Origin: Methanobacteriota archaeon
GTDB lineage: Archaea; Thermoplasmatota; Poseidoniia; Poseidoniales; Poseidoniaceae
Assembly: GCA_018650165.1 (NCBI GenBank)
Contig: JABIGM010000006.1
Location: 1 to 32,678, forward strand
Reading direction: 5' to 3'
DNA length: 32,678 bases
Made by a program: the position numbers and the translations under genes. This document shows positions 1 to 8,989 of this stretch, piece after piece. The notes beneath the pieces were generated by a model. That model did not search any database and was not told the origin of the DNA. It saw only the letters and a list, made by a program, of their open reading frames with translations. The first letter of the stretch is position 1. Each line of letters opens with the position of its first letter.

Positions 1-849
1 ATATGGATTATCTGGCCAAGTTTCAAATCCAGGTGGAGGTAAAACCCAATCGGAATTATCTATCTGGCGTACAGGGCCCTCCGCTGATTCTAACTCACCG
101 GGTTTGCCATGTACAAATGGTAGATTACCCCACCTGTTACGTAATTTTTTAATGTCATCAGATAGAGAAGTTGGAGTTGTAATCATCATTATTACTGATG
201 CGACAATAATAATCAGTAAAGCCACTCGTTGTGAATCTTCACGTTCGGTTCGCTCAGGTGCATCCAAGCCTTCAGCACCGACTGAAAGCATCGTGAGGGC
301 ATCATCATGTTCCATCATAAAAATTTCAATCGTATCACCTTCGTTAACAAACCAATCCTCATATCCGGTATCACAATTTCGACTTATGGTATCCACTTCT
401 GCACCTATTTCATCATTCCAATTAATGGAAAAACTTTCTTGCCCACTCCCGGATTTTGGATAAACCGTCAAAGTTTCTTTGATAATATCAACATAATCTG
501 AACAATTTTCGCCATCGGAATCATATTCCCAATATCCATGGACGAGAGTACCACTTTCAATTACCACATCCATTATGACAAAATTTGCCGAATCACCTTG
601 GTTTTCCCATCCAGCACTCAGTGATACTTGGTCATCTTCTTGTATTTCATCCAATGAATCTATTCTTACACCTTCAGAAATTGGAGGAACATCTGGAATA
701 TCAAAACTGTAAATGATAAGAAATCCAGCCACTGAATATAGCAGTATTGCGATTATCCATGGAATAATTGACTTCCATGTATGAGGGAAGGTAAATTGAA
801 AAAATCCATGATCTAGTGAGGAATGGTCTATTTTAGCCTCATTCGCCAT
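1..849 (-). CDS. Hypothetical membrane protein, 3' end outside the window (>283 aa), two TM helices flanking an acidic extracytoplasmic domain
   Basis: Manual translation from ATG 849 is open to base 1: MANEAKIDHSSLDHGFFQFTFPHTWKSIIPWIIAILLYSVAGFLIIYSF...VALLIIIVASVIMMITTP...WPDNPY. Not in the ORF track because there is no stop inside the window. Confidence 0.85.
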   Translation of the reverse strand, partial: MANEAKIDHSSLDHGFFQFTFPHTWKSIIPWIIAILLYSVAGFLIIYSFDIPDVPPISEGVRIDSLDEIQEDDQVSLSAGWENQGDSANFVIMDVVIESGTLVHGYWEYDSDGENCSDYVDIIKETLTVYPKSGSGQESFSINWNDEIGAEVDTISRNCDTGYEDWFVNEGDTIEIFMMEHDDALTMLSVGAEGLDAPERTEREDSQRVALLIIIVASVIMMITTPTSLSDDIKKLRNRWGNLPFVHGKPGELESAEGPVRQIDNSDWVLPPPGFETWPDNPY

Positions 850-978
850 GGCCGTTCCTGCAAGGAATAGTTATTCACTAAATCCCCTATTTCACATTAT
901 TATTGATACTTTGAAATATCCTTTTGTGCATTCTGGCTCTTATAATTATTATTTATTTAACACATTGAAAGGACAAGG

Positions 979-983
979 TTGAA
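979..983 (+). promoter_or_regulatory. Putative TATA-position element TTGAA
   Basis: Begins 30 nt before ATG 1009; no SD present. Confidence 0.55.
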
Positions 984-1008
984 TATACGCCTGCGATGCC
1001 TTTTGTTC

Positions 1009-2481
1009 ATGGCGGATGTACTTGCATTACTAAACCAGATGCGTGCCTCCAGTGGAGAGGCTGAAACAGTAGGTCTGCCAGATAGCGTAATTCTAGATTT
1101 TGCGAGTCGAGATTCGACAATTGTTAGAGCGATTGAAGAGGCTTCCTCGAAGCAAAATCAACTTTCATCAGATGAATTGATGATGGATGAAGGGGAATTA
1201 GTCAAGCACCTACAAGCCGATTTTGTAAATTTCTATGCTCCAGCAACTGTAAACCCTTACGTTGCGTTAGCAGGTCGCGGTCCTTGGATTGTAACTGCCC
1301 ATGGTTCAGTATTGCACGATAATGGTGGATATGGTATGCTAGGCATTGGCCATGGGCCAGACGAAATAATTTCAAAGATGAGTGAAAATCATGTAATGGC
1401 AAACGTCATGACTCCATCATTTAGTCAAGCGCGTTTAGCCGCAGCACTTCGAAATGAATTGGGCCATACTAGAGGAAGTTGCCCATTTTCAAAATTTATA
1501 TGTATGAATTCTGGTTCTGAATCGGTAACAGTCGCTTTAAGAATTTCAGATGTTAATTCCAAAAGAATGACGGGGCCAGGTGGTCGTCATGAAGGTAAGC
1601 CAGTCAAACTACTTGCAATAGAGCGTGCGTTCCATGGTAGAACAGATAGGCCTGCACAAATATCTCATTCTTGTATGGGTTCGTATGATAATAACTTGAA
1701 GACATTTTCAGAAAGAGATAATCTGGTTTTAGTTCCATCAAATGATATTGCTGCTTTGCGTGCTGCTTTCAAAGATGCAGATACAAATGGTTACTTCATC
1801 GAATCGATGGCGATTGAACCGGTGCAGGGGGAAGGAAATCCCGGGCAATGTATCGATAGAGAATTCTATGATGTTGCTAGAAGTTTAACCAACGAACATG
1901 GCTCAATGCTAATTATCGATTCAATTCAAGCAGGAATTCGTGGGCAAGGAACCCTTTCAGTTGTTGATTATGCTGGATTCCAAGACGCAGAAGCTCCTGA
2001 TCTTGAAACATGGTCCAAGGCATTGAATGCTGGACAATATCCGCTTTCTGTACTTGGAATGAATGAGAGAGCAGCAGAGTTGTATGTTGTAGGAATTTAT
2101 GGGAATACAATGACTACCAATCCAAGAGCATTAGAAACAGCAGTTGCAGTTCTTGAGAGAATTACACCAGAAATGCGACAGAATATTCGCGATAGAGGTA
2201 AAGAATTTGTTGAGAAACTAAACGCACTATCAGAAGAAATACCAGGGACTATTATCAAAGTCCAAGGTACGGGACTATTGCTCTCCGCAGAGTTAGAGCC
2301 AAGCAAACTAACAGTTGTTGGTTTCGATGAAGTGGAAGTCTGGTGTCGAAAGCACGGACTTGGAGTAATACACGGAGGAGTAAACGCGTTGCGCTACACA
2401 CCACATTTCCATATTACAAGCGAAGAAATCGATTTGGTAATGGATATTACCCGTCAAGCGATTCTACACTTCACACAGTAA
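1009..2481 (+). CDS. lat: Class III PLP aminotransferase, probable L-lysine 6-aminotransferase (Flavobacterium lutescens/Xanthomonadales type)
   Basis: FHGRT, DSIQAG and PLP-lysine SKALNAG motifs. VNFYA...PYVALAGRGPW, GGYGMLG and GHTRGSCPFSKFICMNSGSE blocks match my recollection of that LAT. Start placed at ATG 1009 rather than TTG 979. Confidence 0.75.
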   Translation: MADVLALLNQMRASSGEAETVGLPDSVILDFASRDSTIVRAIEEASSKQNQLSSDELMMDEGELVKHLQADFVNFYAPATVNPYVALAGRGPWIVTAHGSVLHDNGGYGMLGIGHGPDEIISKMSENHVMANVMTPSFSQARLAAALRNELGHTRGSCPFSKFICMNSGSESVTVALRISDVNSKRMTGPGGRHEGKPVKLLAIERAFHGRTDRPAQISHSCMGSYDNNLKTFSERDNLVLVPSNDIAALRAAFKDADTNGYFIESMAIEPVQGEGNPGQCIDREFYDVARSLTNEHGSMLIIDSIQAGIRGQGTLSVVDYAGFQDAEAPDLETWSKALNAGQYPLSVLGMNERAAELYVVGIYGNTMTTNPRALETAVAVLERITPEMRQNIRDRGKEFVEKLNALSEEIPGTIIKVQGTGLLLSAELEPSKLTVVGFDEVEVWCRKHGLGVIHGGVNALRYTPHFHITSEEIDLVMDITRQAILHFTQ

Positions 2482-2482
2482 C

Positions 2483-3973
2483 TTACTGTCCAGTAATCAA
2501 GTGGTGAAGAGTCCTAACGTGGATTCCTGTTGCTCCGTTCTTGACCAACTTGTTAGTCTTAGCACCCCATGCGGTACCTGCAATATCGAGGTGAGCCCAA
2601 GGGATTTGTTCGTCGGTTCCTTCCATGTTTGGAACGAATTGCTTTAGGAATGCAGCAGCGGTATTTGAGCCACCCCAGCGTCCTGCACCGAGATTTCTAA
2701 CATCAGCTATCTTAGAATCGGTCATTTCCTTCTCGAATGCTTTGAACAAAGGCATTGGCCAAGCGATTTCACCACAATGTTCTCCAGCGGTTTTGATATT
2801 GTTTAGAAGTTCATCATTGTTGGACCATAGTCCACTAGCCTCATGACCAAGTGCGACTACACAAGCGCCTGTGAGTGTTGCCAAGTCGATCATGTAAGAC
2901 GGGTTTAGTTCAGTTCCTGCATACCAAAGGCCATCAGACAAGACTAGGCGTCCTTCTGCATCTGTGTTTAGAACTTCAACAGTTTTACCAGAATAGGTGG
3001 TAATGACATCTCCCGGGCGTTGAGCGTTAGATGATGGCATATTTTCGGCCATACATGTTAGACCGATGACACGGTCCTTATGCCCACTAGCGACTAGAGC
3101 CTGCATGACACCGAATGTTGTAGCAGAACCGTGCATATCATACTTCATTTCGTCCATTGAAGGAGATGGTTTGATTGAGATACCACCTGTATCGAATGTA
3201 ATTCCCTTCCCTACAATACAAGGACTTGGGCCAGGCTTGTCTGGGTTGATTTCGAAGATTACGATACATGGCTTTCGGTATGATCCCATTCCTACACCGA
3301 CTAATCCGCCCATTCCTAAAGTACGTGCTTCATCGTAAGCGATGATCCTGACATTGACATTGTCGTGCATTATGCCAAATTCTCTTGCTTGTTCTGCGAA
3401 TGCCATTGGGTACATGTCATTAGGAGGTGCGTTTCCTAAGTCTCTTGCTAGGTAGACCCCGGTTGCAACTGCGGATGAAAGTTCAGCCGACTTGGCCAAA
3501 ACCTCGGTTTTTTCATCTTCGCATGTGACATTAACAGTAATCTCGGTATCATCTGAATCTTCGTCTTTCGACTTGTAATGATCATATGAATAATCTCTGA
3601 GAATCATTCCTTCAACAAATGCTCCCATGTGAGCATCTTCCATTCCGTGGAACTTGACGGTCAATGTTTTGCCATGAATTTTAGCAAGGCTTGCAGTAAC
3701 CTTTGCTCCAGACTCCCTCATTGATTGAAGGGTTGCTTCATCTTCCTTACCTAGCCCGACAAGTAGTGCCTTACCACCTTCTGTACCAGCAAGAGTCATT
3801 GCAGAGCCAGATTTAGCTTTGAAATCTCCATCTTCTAGAATTGTTTCTATCTGAGTTTTGAGTCCTCTATGTAATCCAGACTCACTTCCAGCAACCATAT
3901 TTCTGCTATCTTGCCACAATGGAAGTACTAGAGTTCCGTTGATGTTTTCATTGGTGTTTACGTTTACCTTCAT
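2483..3973 (-). CDS. pepA: Leucyl aminopeptidase, peptidase M17
   Basis: VGKGITFDTGG, MKYDMHGS and NTDAEGRL metal-binding motifs. ATG 3973 is preceded by SD AGGTGA; the ORF-track extension to 4153 overlaps the next gene. Confidence 0.95.
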   Translation of the reverse strand: MKVNVNTNENINGTLVLPLWQDSRNMVAGSESGLHRGLKTQIETILEDGDFKAKSGSAMTLAGTEGGKALLVGLGKEDEATLQSMRESGAKVTASLAKIHGKTLTVKFHGMEDAHMGAFVEGMILRDYSYDHYKSKDEDSDDTEITVNVTCEDEKTEVLAKSAELSSAVATGVYLARDLGNAPPNDMYPMAFAEQAREFGIMHDNVNVRIIAYDEARTLGMGGLVGVGMGSYRKPCIVIFEINPDKPGPSPCIVGKGITFDTGGISIKPSPSMDEMKYDMHGSATTFGVMQALVASGHKDRVIGLTCMAENMPSSNAQRPGDVITTYSGKTVEVLNTDAEGRLVLSDGLWYAGTELNPSYMIDLATLTGACVVALGHEASGLWSNNDELLNNIKTAGEHCGEIAWPMPLFKAFEKEMTDSKIADVRNLGAGRWGGSNTAAAFLKQFVPNMEGTDEQIPWAHLDIAGTAWGAKTNKLVKNGATGIHVRTLHHLITGQ

Positions 3974-4029
3974 TGGCTCACCTATTCGGGGGAATGGTAC
4001 CTTGCTCTTGAAGATGCGCCCAACTAGGC

Positions 4030-5400
4030 TCACCCAATCAATTCTGCTTCTAATGGTATTTCGTCGACAAGATAGAATGGTTTTTCTTCTCTTGACCACC
4101 AAAATGCAAAGCCAATAACAAACAATGGGATCGCTCCCACTTGCATAGCCCAAACTAATGATGCCATAGATTGAGCGAAGAAGCCGGTTTCGTAATCTCC
4201 TACATCCACACTTTCATTTACCCACACAGCTGAATTGATCAATCGTTTCTGATAGGAAAATCTCCATTCTCCACCTTCATTGTCAAACCCAGATGTAGAT
4301 ACACTCTTCGAACTTGTTGCATTAATCGTGAAATTATTTGATTCCCAAACGACTTCTTCCCCAACAAGATATTGTAAAGTTGCATTTCTTGTGCTTGCTC
4401 GGCCTAGATTAGTAACTTCAAAATTAACTACATCTCCATCCAAGTTGAATGAATCTAGAATCAGACGTGCTCTCCAATACCACACATTGTCAATCAAATA
4501 ACGCATCACATCAAGCTCTTCTGCCATTCGTGAGTCTAGAGATTCAATCGAGCCAAGAGCCCATTGTTCATCATCGGTTTCAAAGGTGAATGTAGGGAAT
4601 CCCATAATCCCGTAGCCATAATCTCTACTAGTCCCGCGGTTAGGATACAGTCCTTGATTTGCATTACGAATTGGAATCTCAGACAGTGAATCATGAACAT
4701 CGTCTCTAATGAAATGAAACAGTTCCCAGTCTACTGGTTGGTCAGGCATGTACCCCCAGGGATACAACATAATCCAAACGCCAGTATGCATTGTGATGTA
4801 GAGATCTGCATCTTTCATGTAGGTATTCATATATTCGGAATTGGCTAATGTTTCAGATTCACTAAAGGGTCCGCCACGACCTGATTGGGTTTCATTTTCA
4901 TCCCATCTGTGTGCATAATTACGATTTAAATCGATTTGATTAACATTCCATCGGGTATCTAAGTCATTTCCATCAGCATTGAGCATGATGAGAACATGAA
5001 TTTCCGTATTAGATAAAACTCGAATTGCTTCTTCTTCACCATCTGCCCACCCTTCGATGTAGTACTGAGCAACAAGGAATGCTAGTTCGGTTCCTAGATG
5101 TTCATTTCCATGGTGGCCACCATCAATGTATACCATATCTTTTGGAGTCCCATCTTCTTTGGTCTCTACAGCCCAATCCGAGAGCCTCACTACCCACAAC
5201 TCCCTCCCCAATTCGGTTTGTCCAGCACTGGTAAGGTCGACAATTTCAGGATAATCACTTGCCCAAGCTTGTACATCAACTGTTAGAGTTGTATGATTGT
5301 GATACCAATGGTCGTTTACAATCGGAGGTATTTGTGCACTCACGGTACCAGAGAATCCTGCGAAAAGCAGAACCCCGAGCATGATTATAGCACGACGCAT
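4030..5400 (-). CDS. Secreted, C-terminally membrane-anchored M14 zinc carboxypeptidase
   Basis: Signal peptide MRRAIIMLGVLLFAGFSGTVSA; HGNE (HxxE), DLNRNY, MHTG, YPW and FTFE motifs; C-terminal TM LVWAMQVGAIPLFVIGFAFWW. Confidence 0.9.
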   Translation of the reverse strand: MRRAIIMLGVLLFAGFSGTVSAQIPPIVNDHWYHNHTTLTVDVQAWASDYPEIVDLTSAGQTELGRELWVVRLSDWAVETKEDGTPKDMVYIDGGHHGNEHLGTELAFLVAQYYIEGWADGEEEAIRVLSNTEIHVLIMLNADGNDLDTRWNVNQIDLNRNYAHRWDENETQSGRGGPFSESETLANSEYMNTYMKDADLYITMHTGVWIMLYPWGYMPDQPVDWELFHFIRDDVHDSLSEIPIRNANQGLYPNRGTSRDYGYGIMGFPTFTFETDDEQWALGSIESLDSRMAEELDVMRYLIDNVWYWRARLILDSFNLDGDVVNFEVTNLGRASTRNATLQYLVGEEVVWESNNFTINATSSKSVSTSGFDNEGGEWRFSYQKRLINSAVWVNESVDVGDYETGFFAQSMASLVWAMQVGAIPLFVIGFAFWWSREEKPFYLVDEIPLEAELIG

Positions 5401-5424
5401 ATGAGGGCCAAGAGTCAGCCAGTC

Positions 5425-5429
5425 ATCAA
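5425..5429 (-). promoter_or_regulatory. Putative TATA-position element TTGAT
   Basis: Begins 29 nt before ATG 5400. Confidence 0.55.
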
Positions 5430-5493
5430 CCTGCTGTAATATTTGGTTATTGACGGGACAGGTGTTATATCATGGATGGTGTTACTTAGATTG

Positions 5494-6171
5494 ATGGCAG
5501 TAATTGAGTGTCCATATTGCGATGAAGATATTGAATTGGACGATGATGCATCTGGGCTTTTCGATTGCCCGCATTGTGACGGGGAGTTCGAATGGGGAAC
5601 AGAGGAAGAGGAAGAGGAAGACTATACTCCGGCCATGAATAGAATCTCAAATACTCCAAATACAATCTTAGTTGAGTATTCAGATAATCCCACACTTAGA
5701 ATAACAGCAGGAGTAATATTTTCAATTGTAATGGGGATTTATGCAGTATTATCACTGTTCATGATATTTGGTGGGTTATTTTTGTCCTCGGTTGAAAGCG
5801 ATATTAGCGATGCTACCGGTGGTGCTGTTGAAAGTGGGATTGGAATCTTTGTTATATTGATAGGATTTGTAATGTTAGCAATATATTCCACAGGCATATA
5901 CTTTGGAGTGCAGATGTCTAAAGGTAGATTCTTTGCATTAATTGTTTGTTCTGTGGTATCTGTACTTTCTTTGATAATGACGTTTATAGCGTGGGCTAGT
6001 GAAGATGGAGATGAATGTAACAAATGGGAGACTGACTCCTTCGGGTGGGAGCAATGTGTTGAATGGGGGAGCGCACCCTTCCCAGTATTCGATGTCATTC
6101 TTTGGACAGGGATGACCGCTATGTTAGCGGCATTGATTTTCGTCCCTAAATTCAGAAGTCAATTTTACTGA
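5494..6171 (+). CDS. Membrane protein with N-terminal zinc ribbon
   Basis: CPYC-x15-CPHC, an acidic linker, about 4 TM helices and a two-Cys extracellular loop. ATG 5494 lies 29 nt after TTATAT. Confidence 0.8.
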   Translation: MAVIECPYCDEDIELDDDASGLFDCPHCDGEFEWGTEEEEEEDYTPAMNRISNTPNTILVEYSDNPTLRITAGVIFSIVMGIYAVLSLFMIFGGLFLSSVESDISDATGGAVESGIGIFVILIGFVMLAIYSTGIYFGVQMSKGRFFALIVCSVVSVLSLIMTFIAWASEDGDECNKWETDSFGWEQCVEWGSAPFPVFDVILWTGMTAMLAALIFVPKFRSQFY

Positions 6172-6186
6172 TTCAAGAAATGAATC

Positions 6187-7482
6187 CTAATTGAGGATAT
6201 ATGAGAATAAAATCGGGGCCACAATTGTTGCATCTGACTCAATCATATGCATAGGCGTACCTGGTGCCAATTTACCCCATGTGATCTTCTCACTAGGTGG
6301 AGCGCCAGAATAGCCTCCATAAGAGGTCGTGGATTCTGAGATTTGGGCAAACCAACCCCATAGTGGTGCTTTTTCTTGCATGTCTTGTCTTAGCATTGGA
6401 ACTACGCAGATTGGGAAATCTCCAGCGATTCCTCCTCCGATTTGTAAGAAGCCGATTGGGTGTTCAGCATTCATGTACCAATCAGCTAAGTGCATCATGT
6501 AGTCGATACCGCCTTTGACTGCACTTTGTTCAACATCACCTTTGATACAATGTGCTGCGAAGATATTGCCAAGGGTTGAATCTTCCCAACCTGGGACATA
6601 GACCGGTATTCCTGCATCTCTAGCCGCTATCAGCCAGGAATCAGTTCTTGGAATATCCGCCTCAAGGTCGTCGAGGATAGCCATCAAATGTTCATGCGGG
6701 AATGCAGGACCACTTTGCCATTGTTTCAGAATTTTATCCTCGATATGGCGGATTGCTTCTTCTTCGGGAATACAAGTATCTGTGACACGATTGAATCCTT
6801 TCGAATGTAAATCTGCTTCATCCTGTTCTGATATATTTCTCCAGTTTGGAATTCTTTCGTAGTGTGAGTTTGCAACTAAATTGAATACGTCTTCCTCAAG
6901 GTTCGCCCCTGTACAAGTTATTGCGTGAATTTTCCCTGCTCTAATCATCGGTGCAAGAGAACAACCGATTTCTGCAGTACTCATAGCTCCAGCAAGTGTA
7001 ACCATTAGGCGGCCACCGTCTCTAAGGAATTCGTCTAATGAACGTGCGCAATCTCGAAGAGCACCTGCGTTGAAATGATTGAAATGCCGATCAACGAAAC
7101 CTCGTACACCACCATTTACAGGTTCAGTAAGGAATCTTTCTACTCGCTTTCTACGATTGATATTCATGTTAGGATAATTATCTTGCAACTCCTTTTCTAT
7201 CATCTCAATGATTCTTGCAGGGTCGGTTCCACCACAAGTAAACGCATCAATAGCAAGCCAACCACTTTCTGAATAGCAATGTGCGCTGACATGACTTTCA
7301 TCAAGCAATACAACCGCTGCAAACCCTAATGGAGATACGCTTCCGTCAAAGTGTTCAACATGTGAATGAACGCGACGGGCCCCTGATGCATCAACTGCAT
7401 TTTCCATTAAAGATAGCATCCATGGCCCATCTATTCCGACTGCACCTGTGCAATCGAGCATGATGTGTGCGCCATGTGCCAT
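6187..7482 (-). CDS. Fusion of a SpeD/AdoMetDC-fold pyruvoyl decarboxylase (aa 1-118) and a deoxyhypusine-synthase-like domain
   Basis: N-terminal GAHIMLD, LLDESHVSAHCY and IDAFTCG; C-terminal FNHFNAG, LAGAMSTAE, TGANLEED, GGGIAGDF and SGAPPSEKITWGK. One uninterrupted frame. Confidence 0.9.
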   Translation of the reverse strand: MAHGAHIMLDCTGAVGIDGPWMLSLMENAVDASGARRVHSHVEHFDGSVSPLGFAAVVLLDESHVSAHCYSESGWLAIDAFTCGGTDPARIIEMIEKELQDNYPNMNINRRKRVERFLTEPVNGGVRGFVDRHFNHFNAGALRDCARSLDEFLRDGGRLMVTLAGAMSTAEIGCSLAPMIRAGKIHAITCTGANLEEDVFNLVANSHYERIPNWRNISEQDEADLHSKGFNRVTDTCIPEEEAIRHIEDKILKQWQSGPAFPHEHLMAILDDLEADIPRTDSWLIAARDAGIPVYVPGWEDSTLGNIFAAHCIKGDVEQSAVKGGIDYMMHLADWYMNAEHPIGFLQIGGGIAGDFPICVVPMLRQDMQEKAPLWGWFAQISESTTSYGGYSGAPPSEKITWGKLAPGTPMHMIESDATIVAPILFSYILN

Positions 7483-7486
7483 CTAA

Positions 7487-8377
7487 TCAGCCCCTTTTTG
7501 CAATCGCAGCAGCAGTAATTTTGGTCGCAATCATTGCTGCGGTAAACTGAGTGAGAGGTGTATCTTCTTGTTTTACAATCTCATTAACATCAGCACTGAT
7601 TACATTACATGAACTAAAGAGAGTTTCAATGGTTTGAACTACATGCCAGAATGAAAGACCTCCCGGGACAGGTGTTCCTGTAGCGGGAACTAATGAACCA
7701 TCTAGCCCATCGATATCAATTGTGAGATGTACACAACCTTCAATTTTTGAAATTGATTCAAGCCAACCATCCCAAGCCTTTGCACCTGTGCAAGGACTCA
7801 TCACATCTTTAGCAAACCAAGTATTGATGCGCTCGTCACTCTCTATGTAATCGGACTCTTGTTTCGAATACGCTCTTATTCCTACTTGATGGACAGATAA
7901 TACGCCTTCGTCTAGGGACCTGGAAATAGCGCATGCGTGGGAATAAGGCTCGCCGTCAAGTTCATCGCGCAAATCTGCATGTGCATCGATTTGAACGAGA
8001 GTTACTTTTTCAGGACAGCCTCTGAGAATACCGGGTAGTATTCCATGTTCCCCTCCAAGAAATATTGGAAAAGCATCACGTGCATATTGTTGGGAAGCGT
8101 ATCTGCCAATTCCATCGAGTTGTTCTTGGAGCGTATCTCCTTCGCCATTCCATGGTTCGATGGTATGAATTATTGCGCCAGCAGGAAGCTCTTTGCCTAG
8201 CAAATCATCGTACAATTCTACTTGACCTGAAGCTTCAATACAAGCGGCAGGTCCATCGGCAGTACCCTGTCCATATGAGGTTGTAAGTTCATATGGGATG
8301 GATGCTATGATGATATCGGGATTACCCTTCACATTGGGTAATCCGAGGAAATTACCCTCGCAAAACACCTCATCCAT
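7487..8377 (-). CDS. speB: Agmatinase (ureohydrolase family)
   Basis: GGEH, DAHADLRD and DIDGLD metal-binding motifs; PGG motif; 4-nt gap to the next gene. Confidence 0.85.
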   Translation of the reverse strand: MDEVFCEGNFLGLPNVKGNPDIIIASIPYELTTSYGQGTADGPAACIEASGQVELYDDLLGKELPAGAIIHTIEPWNGEGDTLQEQLDGIGRYASQQYARDAFPIFLGGEHGILPGILRGCPEKVTLVQIDAHADLRDELDGEPYSHACAISRSLDEGVLSVHQVGIRAYSKQESDYIESDERINTWFAKDVMSPCTGAKAWDGWLESISKIEGCVHLTIDIDGLDGSLVPATGTPVPGGLSFWHVVQTIETLFSSCNVISADVNEIVKQEDTPLTQFTAAMIATKITAAAIAKRG

Positions 8378-8402
8378 GTGTCTCCGGGGGAGGATTTACC
8401 CT

Positions 8403-8407
8403 TTGAA
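8403..8407 (-). promoter_or_regulatory. Putative TATA-position element TTCAA
   Basis: Begins 30 nt before ATG 8377. Confidence 0.55.
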
Positions 8408-8520
8408 GTCCTCTATTACCCCAAAATGAGCGATGTGTTAATTAGGGACCTCGACCTATACATATTAGTACGCAGCGGAGTAAAATGTCCCGGCATATAC
8501 TCCAGCGCGGCGGTGATTAG

Positions 8521-8943
8521 ATGGGAATGACAATGGCAGAACTAACACAGGCTATTCGCCAACATATCGATATGGAGATGGACCCAGAGGTCGCTTGTGG
8601 CATGGCTGAACACGCACTTGGGTTCTTTGGATTCTATGACCGAATCATCGATAATGCTCTCGAACCGACTGACCGCAACTTGTTTTACATGTTCCAAGAT
8701 TACGATTTACTGACTACTGAGTCTGAGGAAACCACCCTATGGGATGGCCGTGAATGGAGGATTCACTACTGGCGCTTCAAACCAGAACTACGTGAGCGTG
8801 TTGAAGCATACATGTCTCGTAAAACCCAACCAGTGGAAGTTGATCCATTCGGCGATGTATATGGTGACGGCGGTGGAATTTGGATGCGCGATGGCGATAA
8901 ACCAACCAACCCTAATGCATTCACTTCAGACCATTGGGGATGA
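8521..8943 (+). CDS. Conserved Thermoplasmatota hypothetical protein (DUF6015-like, from memory)
   Basis: FFGFYDRIIDN...LLTTESEETTLWDGREWRIHYW block; SD GGTGA upstream. Confidence 0.7.
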   Translation: MGMTMAELTQAIRQHIDMEMDPEVACGMAEHALGFFGFYDRIIDNALEPTDRNLFYMFQDYDLLTTESEETTLWDGREWRIHYWRFKPELRERVEAYMSRKTQPVEVDPFGDVYGDGGGIWMRDGDKPTNPNAFTSDHWG

Positions 8944-8960
8944 ACAGACCCCCACAAGTC

Positions 8961-8965
8961 TTGAA
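8961..8965 (+). promoter_or_regulatory. Putative TATA-position element TTGAA
   Basis: Begins 29 nt before ATG 8990. Confidence 0.55.
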
Positions 8966-8989
8966 GAGTAGCAGGTATACCACAGTAAC

